Under the pieces are notes generated by a model. The model was not told where the DNA came from and ran no database searches. It was given only the letters and a program-made list of their open reading frames with translations. The translations under genes and the position numbers were made by a program. A stretch of 61,172 nucleotides of DNA, the filler included. It is 4 parts of 4 records of this genome, joined end to end, with 100 filler letters (N's around TTAATTAATTAA, not from the genome) between each part and the next. Parts side by side here need not be neighbours in the genome. Positions count along the whole stretch, not along the records: positions 45,338 to 61,172 come from SRR22947727_487; 3 more parts are not named here. The stretch is one strand, 5' to 3'. Position 1 is the first letter of the stretch, and each line of letters opens with the position of its first letter. Below, in pieces: positions 52,601 through 60,783 of this stretch.

Positions 52601-53835
52601 TTACAACAATTTTTGAAGGTGTGCTTGGTGACTTGACCGGACTTGGACTGCAAGCAGGCTTTAACATGCCGATTCAAGCAGCCAGCACGCTGAGTTCAGG
52701 TGCAGAAGATTTGCTTGGTGACTTACCAGAAGAATTGCAAACCGCAGTCTCTGACATGATTAGCGGTTTAAACTTGGCAACACTTGCTTTTGCTCAACAG
52801 CAGGTTGAGTTTTTGACTACCGTTTATCAAATTCCTTTAGTGATTGAAAACGACTTATTGGTTGTCGATACGTCAAAAGTCAATAAACCAATCAGCCTCC
52901 ATTCCAGCAACTTCAGCATTGATTCAAACAGCCTTTCGCAAATTGATCTAAGTGTTTTGATGTCCACCAGCATGTTTACCGTCAACACTTCTGGTCTGAA
53001 CTTTGGGACCATTACCCCAACCGCCACTGCTGGAGCGCCTTACTTGGGCGTTGTCACACCAACCGTCAGTCTCGATCCTTCTTCTGTGACTGACTCTTTC
53101 GATTCTTTAGGTCGTGCAGTCAATAGGGCAATTCAGGACTTTCAGAAATCCTTAGTGGTTGCTGAATTTATTGCGTCAGGGGATGTTGCTGGTCTTGCTT
53201 CTGTTGGTACTGCTTTGAGCACGAGTCAAATAACAACTGGAAATGTCGTTTACTATGAAGATGTTGACAGGGGGCAACTTGACACGTCATTCCAGAGTTC
53301 TGAAGAGTATTCAATTGAAGATCGACTCGCCACATTCAAAAGCCGACAAGGTTTTGTTCCTAAGTATGCAGTCAGTGGTTATAACATTCCTTATAACTAC
53401 CAAGAATTGGAATTGACGAGTGACTTAGAATTAGCCGAAAGACGTTACCAAAGTTTTTTGCGTGGAAATTACCGAGATGTAAAAAAATACGGCTTTGCTC
53501 AAGGCGGATTAGTCCTAGACCCAATGGACACCATTCCAGCCATGTTGAGTCCAGGCGAATATATCCTATCCCCAGAAACCGTCAGACGTTATGGCGTCAG
53601 CAACCTGAACCGCTTGAACTCTGGCGACACCGCGGCACTGAACGCAACGAGCGACCCAGAAGTAAAACGCTTACTGGCTGAATTGATTGTGGCAGTTCGT
53701 GAGAATGACACCGAGGTGAATGTTTATACAGATATGCAAGGCCAGACCAAGGCTGGTATTGAAGAGTTCAGAAGCGAATTGCGAGAAAGAACCAGACGGC
53801 AAGGCGATAAGTTTCTTCCGGCTAGGTACATCTAA
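49678..53835 (+). CDS. Tape measure protein
   Basis: 1385 aa, helical; tape_meas N-domain (ALLQLGQAL...EEFNSL); C-terminal FAQGG..D.IPAMLSPGEY. Confidence 0.93.
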   Translation: MANAASTIEIELEIRQAIGRLNNLQKELNQTTQNFNKAADSTRKFEVAIGKAKTAAVAFFSVVTAKKIAEFSDVFTQFENRVKLATNSLNQQIAVQGELIKVAQQTATPLADIGELYSRMRLAAEQLGASQRDLINITKTVGLTLKTQGTSAAEASGALLQLGQALNSPIVQAEEFNSLQDALPALLKEVTKNLGLQQGQLKKYVNDQKLSNKDLFDAILASQKSLEQQANLASNTFESFGTRVENTITTSIGAFSRFMGATLTKRFRNFKDELYDTFPALDEFTSKLNKAFTIGPGTLDKFTRFFVLGEQPPQEGGGSANLDERITAPAVQQTNYQSEFFKKTIQDLEVFLGDIEKYRPAVEAELDKLLINTSKILNEIGEDNLVYLTNYGSDQGIPLQQYITELSKIVEIIQTAVKSQEEYNRLKIKDAQITEEGAALDQKILDAKFAINKVQEELNRLQNISIYDGILNALKRFLGIQQDITDETEKQLSNAEKQAKAREQYVNAVGDTVVDGVFSAGENATRAGQAAQAYGAAGGGIPGLINAAASAALSNEKVAAAIDEQFAILFDTLDPLIDILADLQSAINRLVKALIEGITSGIEKGLDAVGLGPNGYLFGGGFARDMQGLGGFQQTPNYNPSSEIAAQASQTLFEETIDPNQTPAELQGKVDELIQSSEQTNLGVVLSSYEEKLNTAIAELESSKSDVKVAVNLGYGNSVQEYMLTFEQFLEAEAKMNEAGYGFHQKAFDRIYNEFMKEFEKTDAAIEEIEEKAAQVIQGLIGSVVNQSVSGLNELIQSAQDQIDAINFQNLSIEEQIEFRYQESIATIEQQKALADLIDDEVLRTQLLNAANKAEAKTIELKNKQLDQLEREQQLLALQNVETGLQALLSDFERTIEKIDELVQGLFNQVQELLFSDFSPLGPQEQFAQAQSTYESLLENAFDADATEEDIKLLQGFVNEYLSAARNVFKSSTAFTTIFEGVLGDLTGLGLQAGFNMPIQAASTLSSGAEDLLGDLPEELQTAVSDMISGLNLATLAFAQQQVEFLTTVYQIPLVIENDLLVVDTSKVNKPISLHSSNFSIDSNSLSQIDLSVLMSTSMFTVNTSGLNFGTITPTATAGAPYLGVVTPTVSLDPSSVTDSFDSLGRAVNRAIQDFQKSLVVAEFIASGDVAGLASVGTALSTSQITTGNVVYYEDVDRGQLDTSFQSSEEYSIEDRLATFKSRQGFVPKYAVSGYNIPYNYQELELTSDLELAERRYQSFLRGNYRDVKKYGFAQGGLVLDPMDTIPAMLSPGEYILSPETVRRYGVSNLNRLNSGDTAALNATSDPEVKRLLAELIVAVRENDTEVNVYTDMQGQTKAGIEEFRSELRERTRRQGDKFLPARYI

Positions 53836-54872
53836 TGAGTCATTTGCTCGCAACCATTACCGTTGACGGAACAGCCTACCGAGGCAGTTTAAGAGGCTTT
53901 GCTGGTCAGAACTTCTACCAGCCTTTTGTCAAAAGAATGCCAAGTTTGGAACTTGGACAGGTTGAGGACAGCGGCAAGATTGGCGTGAAGTTTGGCAATA
54001 TCACACTTACCAACGATTATCTATCCCCAAGCCATCCATTTGCCTTGCAGAGATACGAAGACCTACTTACCGCTCCTGGGCTATATGCAACAAGTCTCAA
54101 ATGGGGCGAGGCAGGAAGCGACTTGTTTTCTGGAAACATTTTTCTTCAATCCGTCACTGATACAGAACTCACCTTCGCGCTTACAGACACCGAATTCACC
54201 AAAGGTGCGCGACCTTTTACCTTGACTGAAAATTTCGCTTTTGTCGAAGCCGTCATTTCTTCAGGCGCAGGCACTCCGGTTTCCATCACAGCCTTAAATC
54301 ATGGCTTTGTCACCGGCACGGTTATCATTTTCGAGCAAATGGATTCTTACGGTGAGCTGCTCGAATATCAATCGGTTGCAGTGGACAATTACTATTATGT
54401 GGTTCGCACTGGTTCAAACACCTTCACCTTGCAGGACAAAGACTTCATTCCCGTCACAAGTGGCTATGGCACAACCGGAACCTTTACCAGTGACGGAGAA
54501 ACGCACCGAGTGGGTGTGCCGCTGAGAATTCCGTTTAGTTGGGGAATCGTCAAGAACGCTACGCCAGTAATCAAAAAACGCGACGATGAAGTTGCCAATC
54601 CAGATTTGCAGACGAACAACAGCAGTTACCCAATCGAAATCCGAGAGGATGGCGTTTTAATTTATTCAACTGATAACACCAGTTCAGAATTCTGGAACGG
54701 GTCAGGTGGTTCTGGTGTGGCTCCAACCTCAACGGTAATCAAGCTGAACGCTGCCACTACTGGTGGTGTGCTTTCAATCTCAGGAATCAGCAACCGAGGT
54801 TCAACGCTTTCGAGTTTTTACAATCACGTTGCCACTGAGCTTGGGCTAACCCTAGACACGAGTTATGCCTAA
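53835..54872 (+). CDS. Tail tip protein with an FCCH-like beta insertion
   Basis: Follows the tape measure gene; ITA.NHGF.TG...YYVV...NTFTL motif seen in phage tail proteins. Confidence 0.55.
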   Translation: MSHLLATITVDGTAYRGSLRGFAGQNFYQPFVKRMPSLELGQVEDSGKIGVKFGNITLTNDYLSPSHPFALQRYEDLLTAPGLYATSLKWGEAGSDLFSGNIFLQSVTDTELTFALTDTEFTKGARPFTLTENFAFVEAVISSGAGTPVSITALNHGFVTGTVIIFEQMDSYGELLEYQSVAVDNYYYVVRTGSNTFTLQDKDFIPVTSGYGTTGTFTSDGETHRVGVPLRIPFSWGIVKNATPVIKKRDDEVANPDLQTNNSSYPIEIREDGVLIYSTDNTSSEFWNGSGGSGVAPTSTVIKLNAATTGGVLSISGISNRGSTLSSFYNHVATELGLTLDTSYA

Positions 54873-55045
54873 TGGCAGGCGTTAACTACAACACCGATAC
54901 CACGATCAGCACGGAAACCGTCAACGATTCGCCAGTTGAAGTCCGGCTTTCCGTAACCGTTGAAATCGACACGAATGGAACGCTGACAGTCCGCTCTTTA
55001 ACGGTAGCCACGACAGCTTCAGAAGTTGAAATTTATTCACCTTAG
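54872..55045 (+). CDS. Small 57-aa beta-rich tail-module protein (not in ORF track)
   Basis: TAATG coupling; MAGVNYNTDTTISTETVNDSPVEVRLSVTVEIDTNGTLTVRSLTVATTASEVEIYSP*; fills the gap exactly. Confidence 0.7.
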   Translation: MAGVNYNTDTTISTETVNDSPVEVRLSVTVEIDTNGTLTVRSLTVATTASEVEIYSP

Positions 55046-55047
55046 TT

Positions 55048-55611
55048 ATGGCACAAGCAACCACTAGAAACGAGCCACTGATTGACTTTGCGGCAGATAC
55101 TGCCAAAGCCGCAAACCTGTTACTGCAAATCAGCGGCTCTACTTTACGAGTCATTAACCGGATTCAAACTGGTGTGGCAGCCGCAACGGTGAGAACGCCT
55201 GAACTGCTGCAGTTGCAATTAGCGCCAGCCTTTCCAATTAAAAAGGTTTTCAGCGAGTATGAATTCAATACGCCATATCCAGACAGTGTGACACTCGCTC
55301 AAGAAACAAAATACGTTGAAGTTCCAAACTTAGGCTATGGCGAAGAACAAGGTTATGACGCACTCAGCACGATTGAAGAGAAAGTTATTGAATATTTAAG
55401 AGCCATTTTGCAAAGCGAATCCGCGCCAATCTGCACGGCTCGAATCTTTGGGATTAAAGACAATTACCTTTTGGGTTATCGCATTATCTGCATAGACGAA
55501 AAGCAATCAATCAAAGCCACAATCACCATAACTTCAATTATTTATAGTTTTGATTCTGAGGAAACCACGATCAGCGGACCAACCGAAATCGACTTTGTAC
55601 GGAAAGAATGA
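55048..55611 (+). CDS. Tail tip/hub-like protein
   Basis: Position; C-terminal LG.RI...I.ITSIIYSFD...TTISG, as in hub C-terminal domains. Confidence 0.5.
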   Translation: MAQATTRNEPLIDFAADTAKAANLLLQISGSTLRVINRIQTGVAAATVRTPELLQLQLAPAFPIKKVFSEYEFNTPYPDSVTLAQETKYVEVPNLGYGEEQGYDALSTIEEKVIEYLRAILQSESAPICTARIFGIKDNYLLGYRIICIDEKQSIKATITITSIIYSFDSEETTISGPTEIDFVRKE

Positions 55612-56576
55612 AGATTATCTACACCAATTTAATCACTAGCGTTAGCAGTTCAGCAACTCAGCTTGCCAGTGATTATGCAATCGCCAAAGTTGAAAACAAT
55701 TATCCAAAGCAGCCGTACATTGCTGATGCTGCAACGGCAACGATTACCGTTACTTGCCCAGGTGCTGAAGCCATTTTCTTCAGCTACTTGGCTGAATCTG
55801 TGACAGTAACATTTAAGGATTCAGGCGCTTCAACGCTTTCGACTGAGACTTATTCGAACACCTACACACTGACCGAGCAATACCTGCTCAATGAGAAAAC
55901 CCACTGGAATGATTCGGTTTTTGTAGCTTGTCCGGCAACCACGAACACCGTTGAGATTGCTTTAGCCAACTCGACAGACGTCAAAGGCAGTCTGGACGGT
56001 TGGGTTACTGCCAGCAATGGCAATCTAGGCAGATTACAAGCGAGTGCTGCAAACATTTATTTTGAAGACTACCCACAAATTCGCCTTGGAACCTTTGTCT
56101 CTGATGGGGTTTTCACCGAGCAGATCAACCGGATTACTGGTGACGGCACAGGCTCAGAAGATTTGCAGTTAACCGGAAATGGTGGCGCGAACTTTACGGT
56201 TTCTTCAATGAAGTTGCCGCTGATCGTCAACACTATTCGAGCCGGAAAAGTTCTTGAGACTTACAATCCAAACGTAGGTATGTCGATCAGTCGTGATTCG
56301 TTTGGAATAAGGCAAGAGCGAGACAGTGGGTTGGTTTACCGATTGGGCGAGATTCGCAGAAGATTCAGCGGCAGCGTTCAAGTTCTCGAAAGCGAACGAG
56401 CAACAGCAACCAAAGTCTTTGCTGGACTGAGAATGCAACCAGTGGCGGCTGAAATTCTAGGCTATCAAAGCAACACCGCAGTATTTGGCAGTTTTTTTGA
56501 GCCTGCCTCAATTGCCTACAGTTATCCAGGTTCTCAACTATATGACTACAACTTTGAATTTGTTGAGCTTATCTAA
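55608..56576 (+). CDS. Tail protein of unknown function
   Basis: Coupled ORF inside the tail operon; beta-rich. Confidence 0.5.
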   Translation: MKIIYTNLITSVSSSATQLASDYAIAKVENNYPKQPYIADAATATITVTCPGAEAIFFSYLAESVTVTFKDSGASTLSTETYSNTYTLTEQYLLNEKTHWNDSVFVACPATTNTVEIALANSTDVKGSLDGWVTASNGNLGRLQASAANIYFEDYPQIRLGTFVSDGVFTEQINRITGDGTGSEDLQLTGNGGANFTVSSMKLPLIVNTIRAGKVLETYNPNVGMSISRDSFGIRQERDSGLVYRLGEIRRRFSGSVQVLESERATATKVFAGLRMQPVAAEILGYQSNTAVFGSFFEPASIAYSYPGSQLYDYNFEFVELI

Positions 56577-57278
56577 ATGAGTTTATTAAAAACAAACGAA
56601 ATCCAGAATTACAACGGCAGTTCACTGACGCTAACCGCCAGCACGGTTTCGACTTCTGCACAGCTAAACACGGGCGGAAATATTTCGGTTACTGGTTCTT
56701 TAAATGTTTCAGATGATTCAACGACAAGAACAAATCTTGGTCTGGGTTCAATGGCGACGCAAAATGTAAGTTTATTCATTGGTATGATTGCGTCCTTTGC
56801 GATGTCTTCTGCTCCAACGGGATGGCTAGTTTGTAATGGGGCAGAGTATGCCATAGCAGATTATGGAGATTTACATGGTGCGATTGGAACAACTTGGGGA
56901 GCCTTAACCAATGGGTCTGGTGGTGCAGGTTCAACTCATTTTAGAGTTCCAGATTTGCGAGGTGCATTTTTAAGAGGTACTGGTTCACATGCTTCTGGCA
57001 CTATGGCAAACAGTAGTGCCTTTGCTGGGCCAAGTGTTGGTAGTTTTGAAAATGACGCATTTCAGGGTCACTATCACACTTTTCTAAATTACGCATGGTT
57101 TAGCAATGGCAGTAATTCTGAACTAGTCGGTGTCACGGGTACCACGCCTAGTGCAAATGATGGGGGTGCTGGTAGTGGGGTTAAAGAACCAAAAACGGAT
57201 GGAACGAACGGTACACCACGGACAGGTGATGAAACTAGACCATTCAATGCTGGCATTAATTTCTGCATAAAATACTAA
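56577..57278 (+). CDS. Short tail fibre with phage tail-collar domain
   Basis: RTNLGLGS.AT; IG.I..FA...APTGWLVCNG; F.VPDLRG.FLRG; ETRP.N....CIKY. Confidence 0.88.
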   Translation: MSLLKTNEIQNYNGSSLTLTASTVSTSAQLNTGGNISVTGSLNVSDDSTTRTNLGLGSMATQNVSLFIGMIASFAMSSAPTGWLVCNGAEYAIADYGDLHGAIGTTWGALTNGSGGAGSTHFRVPDLRGAFLRGTGSHASGTMANSSAFAGPSVGSFENDAFQGHYHTFLNYAWFSNGSNSELVGVTGTTPSANDGGAGSGVKEPKTDGTNGTPRTGDETRPFNAGINFCIKY

Positions 57279-57280
57279 TT

Positions 57281-57694
57281 ATGAAGACAGTCTACAACCA
57301 ATCCAACGGATCAGAAGTCATTGCTTATCCAGACCCAAAGAATCCAGATAGAATTGCATTACCTGCAGGATCAACAGAAATTGCACCTCCTAACTTTGAC
57401 AGAAGCACCCATACTTGTGCCTTTGATGGAACCCAATGGGTTGTTACAGAAATCCCAGTACCAGAACCAGATCCTATACCAGAGCCTATTCCTGCAATGG
57501 ATCAGTTAAGAATGCAACGGGATAGCCTGATAGCTCAAACCGACTGGCGGATGTTACCCGATTACCCAGGTACTAATCAAACTGAGTGGCAGACGTACCG
57601 ACAGGCTCTTAGGGACATCACAACACAGACACCGTCACTTGACGAAAACGGACAACTGACGGGCATAACGTGGCCCACACCACCTAACGATTAA
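57281..57694 (+). CDS. Tail fibre assembly chaperone
   Basis: T.IAPP, LR..RD.LI..TDW..LPD, W..YRQALRDIT, .WP..P. Confidence 0.85.
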   Translation: MKTVYNQSNGSEVIAYPDPKNPDRIALPAGSTEIAPPNFDRSTHTCAFDGTQWVVTEIPVPEPDPIPEPIPAMDQLRMQRDSLIAQTDWRMLPDYPGTNQTEWQTYRQALRDITTQTPSLDENGQLTGITWPTPPND

Positions 57695-57708
57695 CTAAAG
57701 GCCGAGCA

Positions 57709-58050
57709 ATGCCAGCAGAACCCAACTCAATGATCCAATTAGTCCAAGATTTAGGTTTTGGAATGGCTTCTCTGACCTTCAGTGGGTGGCTGATTGTGTT
57801 TCTCTTAAGAGGTTTTGAAAAAGAAAGAAACATTTGGCTAACTAAAGATTCTGAGAGTGATATTCGCGTCAGCGAACTATTACGCGAAAATTCTCAACTT
57901 CAGCAGGCCACAACAGAAAAACTTGCCAATCTTCAAGCCGCGCAGTCTCAGCAACTTTTAGCAGTTCACGAAAAGCTCAACACAACGCTCACCAACATGA
58001 CCGTTGCCATTAGCGAGCTAAGTCAAAAAATGGATAATCTAAAAAAATGA
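57709..58050 (+). CDS. Putative holin (one TM helix plus coiled coil)
   Basis: N-terminal TM FGMASLTFSGWLIVFLL; upstream of the endolysin. Confidence 0.5.
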   Translation: MPAEPNSMIQLVQDLGFGMASLTFSGWLIVFLLRGFEKERNIWLTKDSESDIRVSELLRENSQLQQATTEKLANLQAAQSQQLLAVHEKLNTTLTNMTVAISELSQKMDNLKK

Positions 58051-58361
58051 AACCGCTTCTCACAGGTTTGGCTTTGCTGCTCGCAACATCAGCTTTTGCT
58101 TTGCCTGTTGAGTATAAAACGCTTCACCTGGTTTCATGGGCTTATCAGTGTTCCTTGCGACTTGCTCCCACTTATCAAATGCAAGGCATGACTTCAAATC
58201 TAGCCATGCAATCCGCCATTCAGTTGTGTTCTTGCGTCATTGACCATTACCGCGAAAATCACAGATATGTAGACCTTCAGTTAATGCCTTTGCCACAGAG
58301 AGAAGCGTTTGGCGAAATGTATTCTCAAGAATGTGTGGACTACCCAGAAAAGGAGACTTAA
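58047..58361 (+). CDS. Secreted 4-Cys protein of unknown function
   Basis: Sec signal MKPLLTGLALLLATSAFA; C..., CSC, C. Confidence 0.6.
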   Translation: MKPLLTGLALLLATSAFALPVEYKTLHLVSWAYQCSLRLAPTYQMQGMTSNLAMQSAIQLCSCVIDHYRENHRYVDLQLMPLPQREAFGEMYSQECVDYPEKET

Positions 58362-58744
58362 TGGCTTACGTTGACCATTCTGAGCATTTTTCGAGAGACG
58401 AACTAAAGTGCAGGTTTACTGGTGAATGCGGCATGTCCGAAGTTTTTTTGACGAAGTTGGAAACCTTGCGGCAGCATTACGGCAAACCTATTAGATTAAC
58501 TTCAGCCTATCGGTCTGTGGAGCATCCGGTTGAAAGAGCGAAAAACAAAAACGGTTCAAAACCAAGCGGTTATCATGTATTAGGGCGAGCAGTGGACATA
58601 GCCTGCTGGAATGCAGATGGTGCGCGACTTCTTCAGATTGCCATTCAGATGAATCTTTTCGGTGGCTATGGCTTCTCTTTCACCGGAAGCAATCGCTTCC
58701 TGCATTTAGATGACAGAGAAGATTTAATGATTTGGAGTTATTAA
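58361..58744 (+). CDS. Endolysin, peptidase M15A (Zn D-Ala-D-Ala carboxypeptidase fold)
   Basis: HFSRDELKC, TSAYR, S.YH..G.AVDI, FLHLD.R; likely start is ATG 58361 with AGGAG at 58351. Confidence 0.88.
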   Translation: MAYVDHSEHFSRDELKCRFTGECGMSEVFLTKLETLRQHYGKPIRLTSAYRSVEHPVERAKNKNGSKPSGYHVLGRAVDIACWNADGARLLQIAIQMNLFGGYGFSFTGSNRFLHLDDREDLMIWSY

Positions 58745-58903
58745 ATGGATGGATTTTTGGAGATTTTCAACCAAGCGGTTGATTCTGGCGGATTAGAATT
58801 GATTTTAGCAGCAACCGGAATGGGCGCGGCTGTTCCAGGCGTTTTATTGTATAAAAAAATAAGGAAAGCGAAGAAACTGAAAGAACAACTGACGAGTTTG
58901 TAA
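58745..58903 (+). CDS. 52-aa single-TM protein with basic C-terminus (not in ORF track)
   Basis: MDGFLEIFNQAVDSGGLELILAATGMGAAVPGVLLYKKIRKAKKLKEQLTSL*; starts immediately after the endolysin stop. Confidence 0.7.
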   Translation: MDGFLEIFNQAVDSGGLELILAATGMGAAVPGVLLYKKIRKAKKLKEQLTSL

Positions 58904-58942
58904 AATCGCCAGTTCACGGAAGTGTGGCAAATCCTCTGAAAG

Positions 58943-58992
58943 TGGCTCCCCAAGCTGGACTCGAACCAGCGACCCAATGATTAACAGTCACC
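58943..58992 (-). other. attP core: 3' half of tRNA-Asn(GTT)
   Basis: Minus strand reads GGTGA-CTGTTAA-TCATT-GGGTC-GCTGG-TTCGAGT-CCAGC-TTGGGGA-G-CCA (anticodon arm, T-arm, acceptor 3' strand, CCA); no D-arm or 5' half; abuts the integrase stop. Confidence 0.9.
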
Positions 58993-60162
58993 TTAGTTTT
59001 TTCGGCTGTAGGCTAGACGAATGCTGGGCTTGCGGCTTTCGGTTTTTTTCTTTGAAACAGTGTTTTGTGGCGAGTTTCCTAGTTTATTGACGAGATCGAC
59101 TTGCTGCAAATGGTCTGAATTCAAATAACTCATGGTTGTTTGAATCGACTGATGACGCAGAAGCTTTTGCACCTGAACAGGATTTGAAGACTCACCAGAT
59201 AATAGTTCAGTCGCAACCGTAGAACGAAACGAGTGCAGCGGTTTCGCGTTTTCTATTCCTACCTTCTGCAAAGCTTTCCTCATGCTCTTGGTCAAATCCC
59301 CAAGCGAACTATAAAGCGGCTTACCTCTGCCATCATCCAGCACATAACGCTCGCCTTGAATATCCTGCGCCTTGATAAATTCTTTTAAATCTTCAGCGAT
59401 TGGGACGATTGCGTCTTTTCGACCTTTGACTTTCCAATCCTTTGTTGAGCGAAGTTCAATTCGGTCTGGGTAAACATTATCCCAACGCAAGGCCAGAAGT
59501 TCACCACCACGCATTCCAGTAAATCGCAAAAACCACCAGGCACGAAGCAGTACCAAGAACCGTCTTCGTTTGGTTTCCTGCCAGCCTTGTTCTAAATGCT
59601 GGCGCAAATCTTCTAGTTGTTGAGTAGAAAATACAGCAGGCAAAGGTTTGGACGAGCGAACGCTTTTGACTTTGATTGCTGCCGGAATTTGGCCTTGCTC
59701 CCAAGACCAATTAAGAATCGCTCGAACTGCTCGAAGATAAGAATTACAACTGTGATCATTCAGTCCAGCCTTTCTTAAAGCTAAGACAAACTTGTCTGTG
59801 AGTTGTGAGGTGTGAAGCCGAATGCGATAATCCCCAACTATCTTTTGGTAGCGAAGCAATTGCTGCCGATACTTACCAACCGTCCGCTCATCACGATTCG
59901 CTTGAACATGCGCCAGGAACAAATTCAACAACTCACTGAAAAATAAACCTTGTTCATCTGTGAGCCTCTCGACTTCTCGCGTCAGCCGCTCTTTGAGCTG
60001 CAGAAACCGCTCAACGAGCAGAGAGTTCAACTCGTCAGGCTCTAAGCCTTCAGCTTCCACAAAACGAATCAAGACTCGACGGTATCTTTTCTTGCCAATC
60101 CACAACTGACCTACATAGGCTTTTTGCCGTTGGTCATGGACGATTTCGTTTTTGTGGCTCAA
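58993..60162 (-). CDS. int: Tyrosine integrase
   Basis: TGMRGGELLAL (R), KVKGRK (K), HSFR (HxxR), LRH..IQTTMSY (H, Y). Confidence 0.95.
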   Translation of the reverse strand: MSHKNEIVHDQRQKAYVGQLWIGKKRYRRVLIRFVEAEGLEPDELNSLLVERFLQLKERLTREVERLTDEQGLFFSELLNLFLAHVQANRDERTVGKYRQQLLRYQKIVGDYRIRLHTSQLTDKFVLALRKAGLNDHSCNSYLRAVRAILNWSWEQGQIPAAIKVKSVRSSKPLPAVFSTQQLEDLRQHLEQGWQETKRRRFLVLLRAWWFLRFTGMRGGELLALRWDNVYPDRIELRSTKDWKVKGRKDAIVPIAEDLKEFIKAQDIQGERYVLDDGRGKPLYSSLGDLTKSMRKALQKVGIENAKPLHSFRSTVATELLSGESSNPVQVQKLLRHQSIQTTMSYLNSDHLQQVDLVNKLGNSPQNTVSKKKTESRKPSIRLAYSRKN

Positions 60163-60274
60163 ATTTTATATTTGGTTATGTCTATATATGTGTGAATAAA
60201 TTGGGGGGGGGTGGCTTTTTTGTAACATAATGAACAAAAGAAGAGTAGGCTAGGATTTTACTTGTCTTGAACCA

Positions 60275-60673
60275 TCAGATTTGGCTGATTGCCCAATTGT
60301 CCGGCTGATTGACCCATTCTGGTGCAATTGTCGGCTGGTATTTTTTTTTGTCTTCCTCAAGCCTCTCAATCGTTTTCTCTAGGCGCTCTATGTAGCTTTG
60401 CTGGATATTTATCGTTCGCTCTTTTTCCTTCAGAAGTTGCAGTTCAGGATTCAAGTTGGTCGTTAAATCTGTTCTGTCCATTTCTGCCTTTATCTCTTCA
60501 TAAAAGTCTAAGCCAAAAATTTCCTCAACTTTCTGCAATATTTTTTTTGCTGGATGACCTCTGCGAACTCGACTGACCTCGCTTTTGTCCAAATTAAGCT
60601 TCTCACCCAACTTGTAATCAGCATTGATTTGAAGTTTTTTCTTTAAAATTTCAATGACTTGCTGACCTTCCAT
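60275..60673 (-). CDS. HTH repressor (CI position) with C-terminal coiled coil
   Basis: DYKLGEKLNLDKSEVSRVRRG HTH; heptads LLKEKERTI..IERLEKTIERLEE; divergent from the early genes. Confidence 0.7.
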   Translation of the reverse strand: MEGQQVIEILKKKLQINADYKLGEKLNLDKSEVSRVRRGHPAKKILQKVEEIFGLDFYEEIKAEMDRTDLTTNLNPELQLLKEKERTINIQQSYIERLEKTIERLEEDKKKYQPTIAPEWVNQPDNWAISQI

Positions 60674-60783
60674 AAAAAACCACGCAAAAAGTTCAAAAAA
60701 AGCGTTGATTTAATTTTCAAATTTCTGCAATATTTGAAGAAACAACGCTGAACGGTAAACTGTAAACGGTATTACAGCACAGA
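60674..60783. promoter_or_regulatory. Divergent promoter/operator region of the lysis-lysogeny switch
   Basis: Nested inverted repeats AGCGTTG(60701)/CAACGCT(60743) and TTCAAAT(60716)/ATTTGAA(60732); direct repeat AACGGTA (60751, 60765); TTGATT-N17-CAATAT. Confidence 0.55.

Noticed and set aside
56577-57694. Tail-fibre diversification (DGR or shufflon)
   Set aside because: No reverse transcriptase, invertase, template/variable repeat pair or duplicated fibre ends seen.
58741-58977. 78-aa minus-strand ORF in the track
   Set aside because: Shadow of the tRNA fragment and the plus-strand 52-aa gene; no plausible protein features.
58943-58992. Possible phage-encoded tRNA-Asn gene
   Set aside because: No 5' acceptor strand or D-arm (that position is the integrase 3' end); it is an att core, not a full tRNA.
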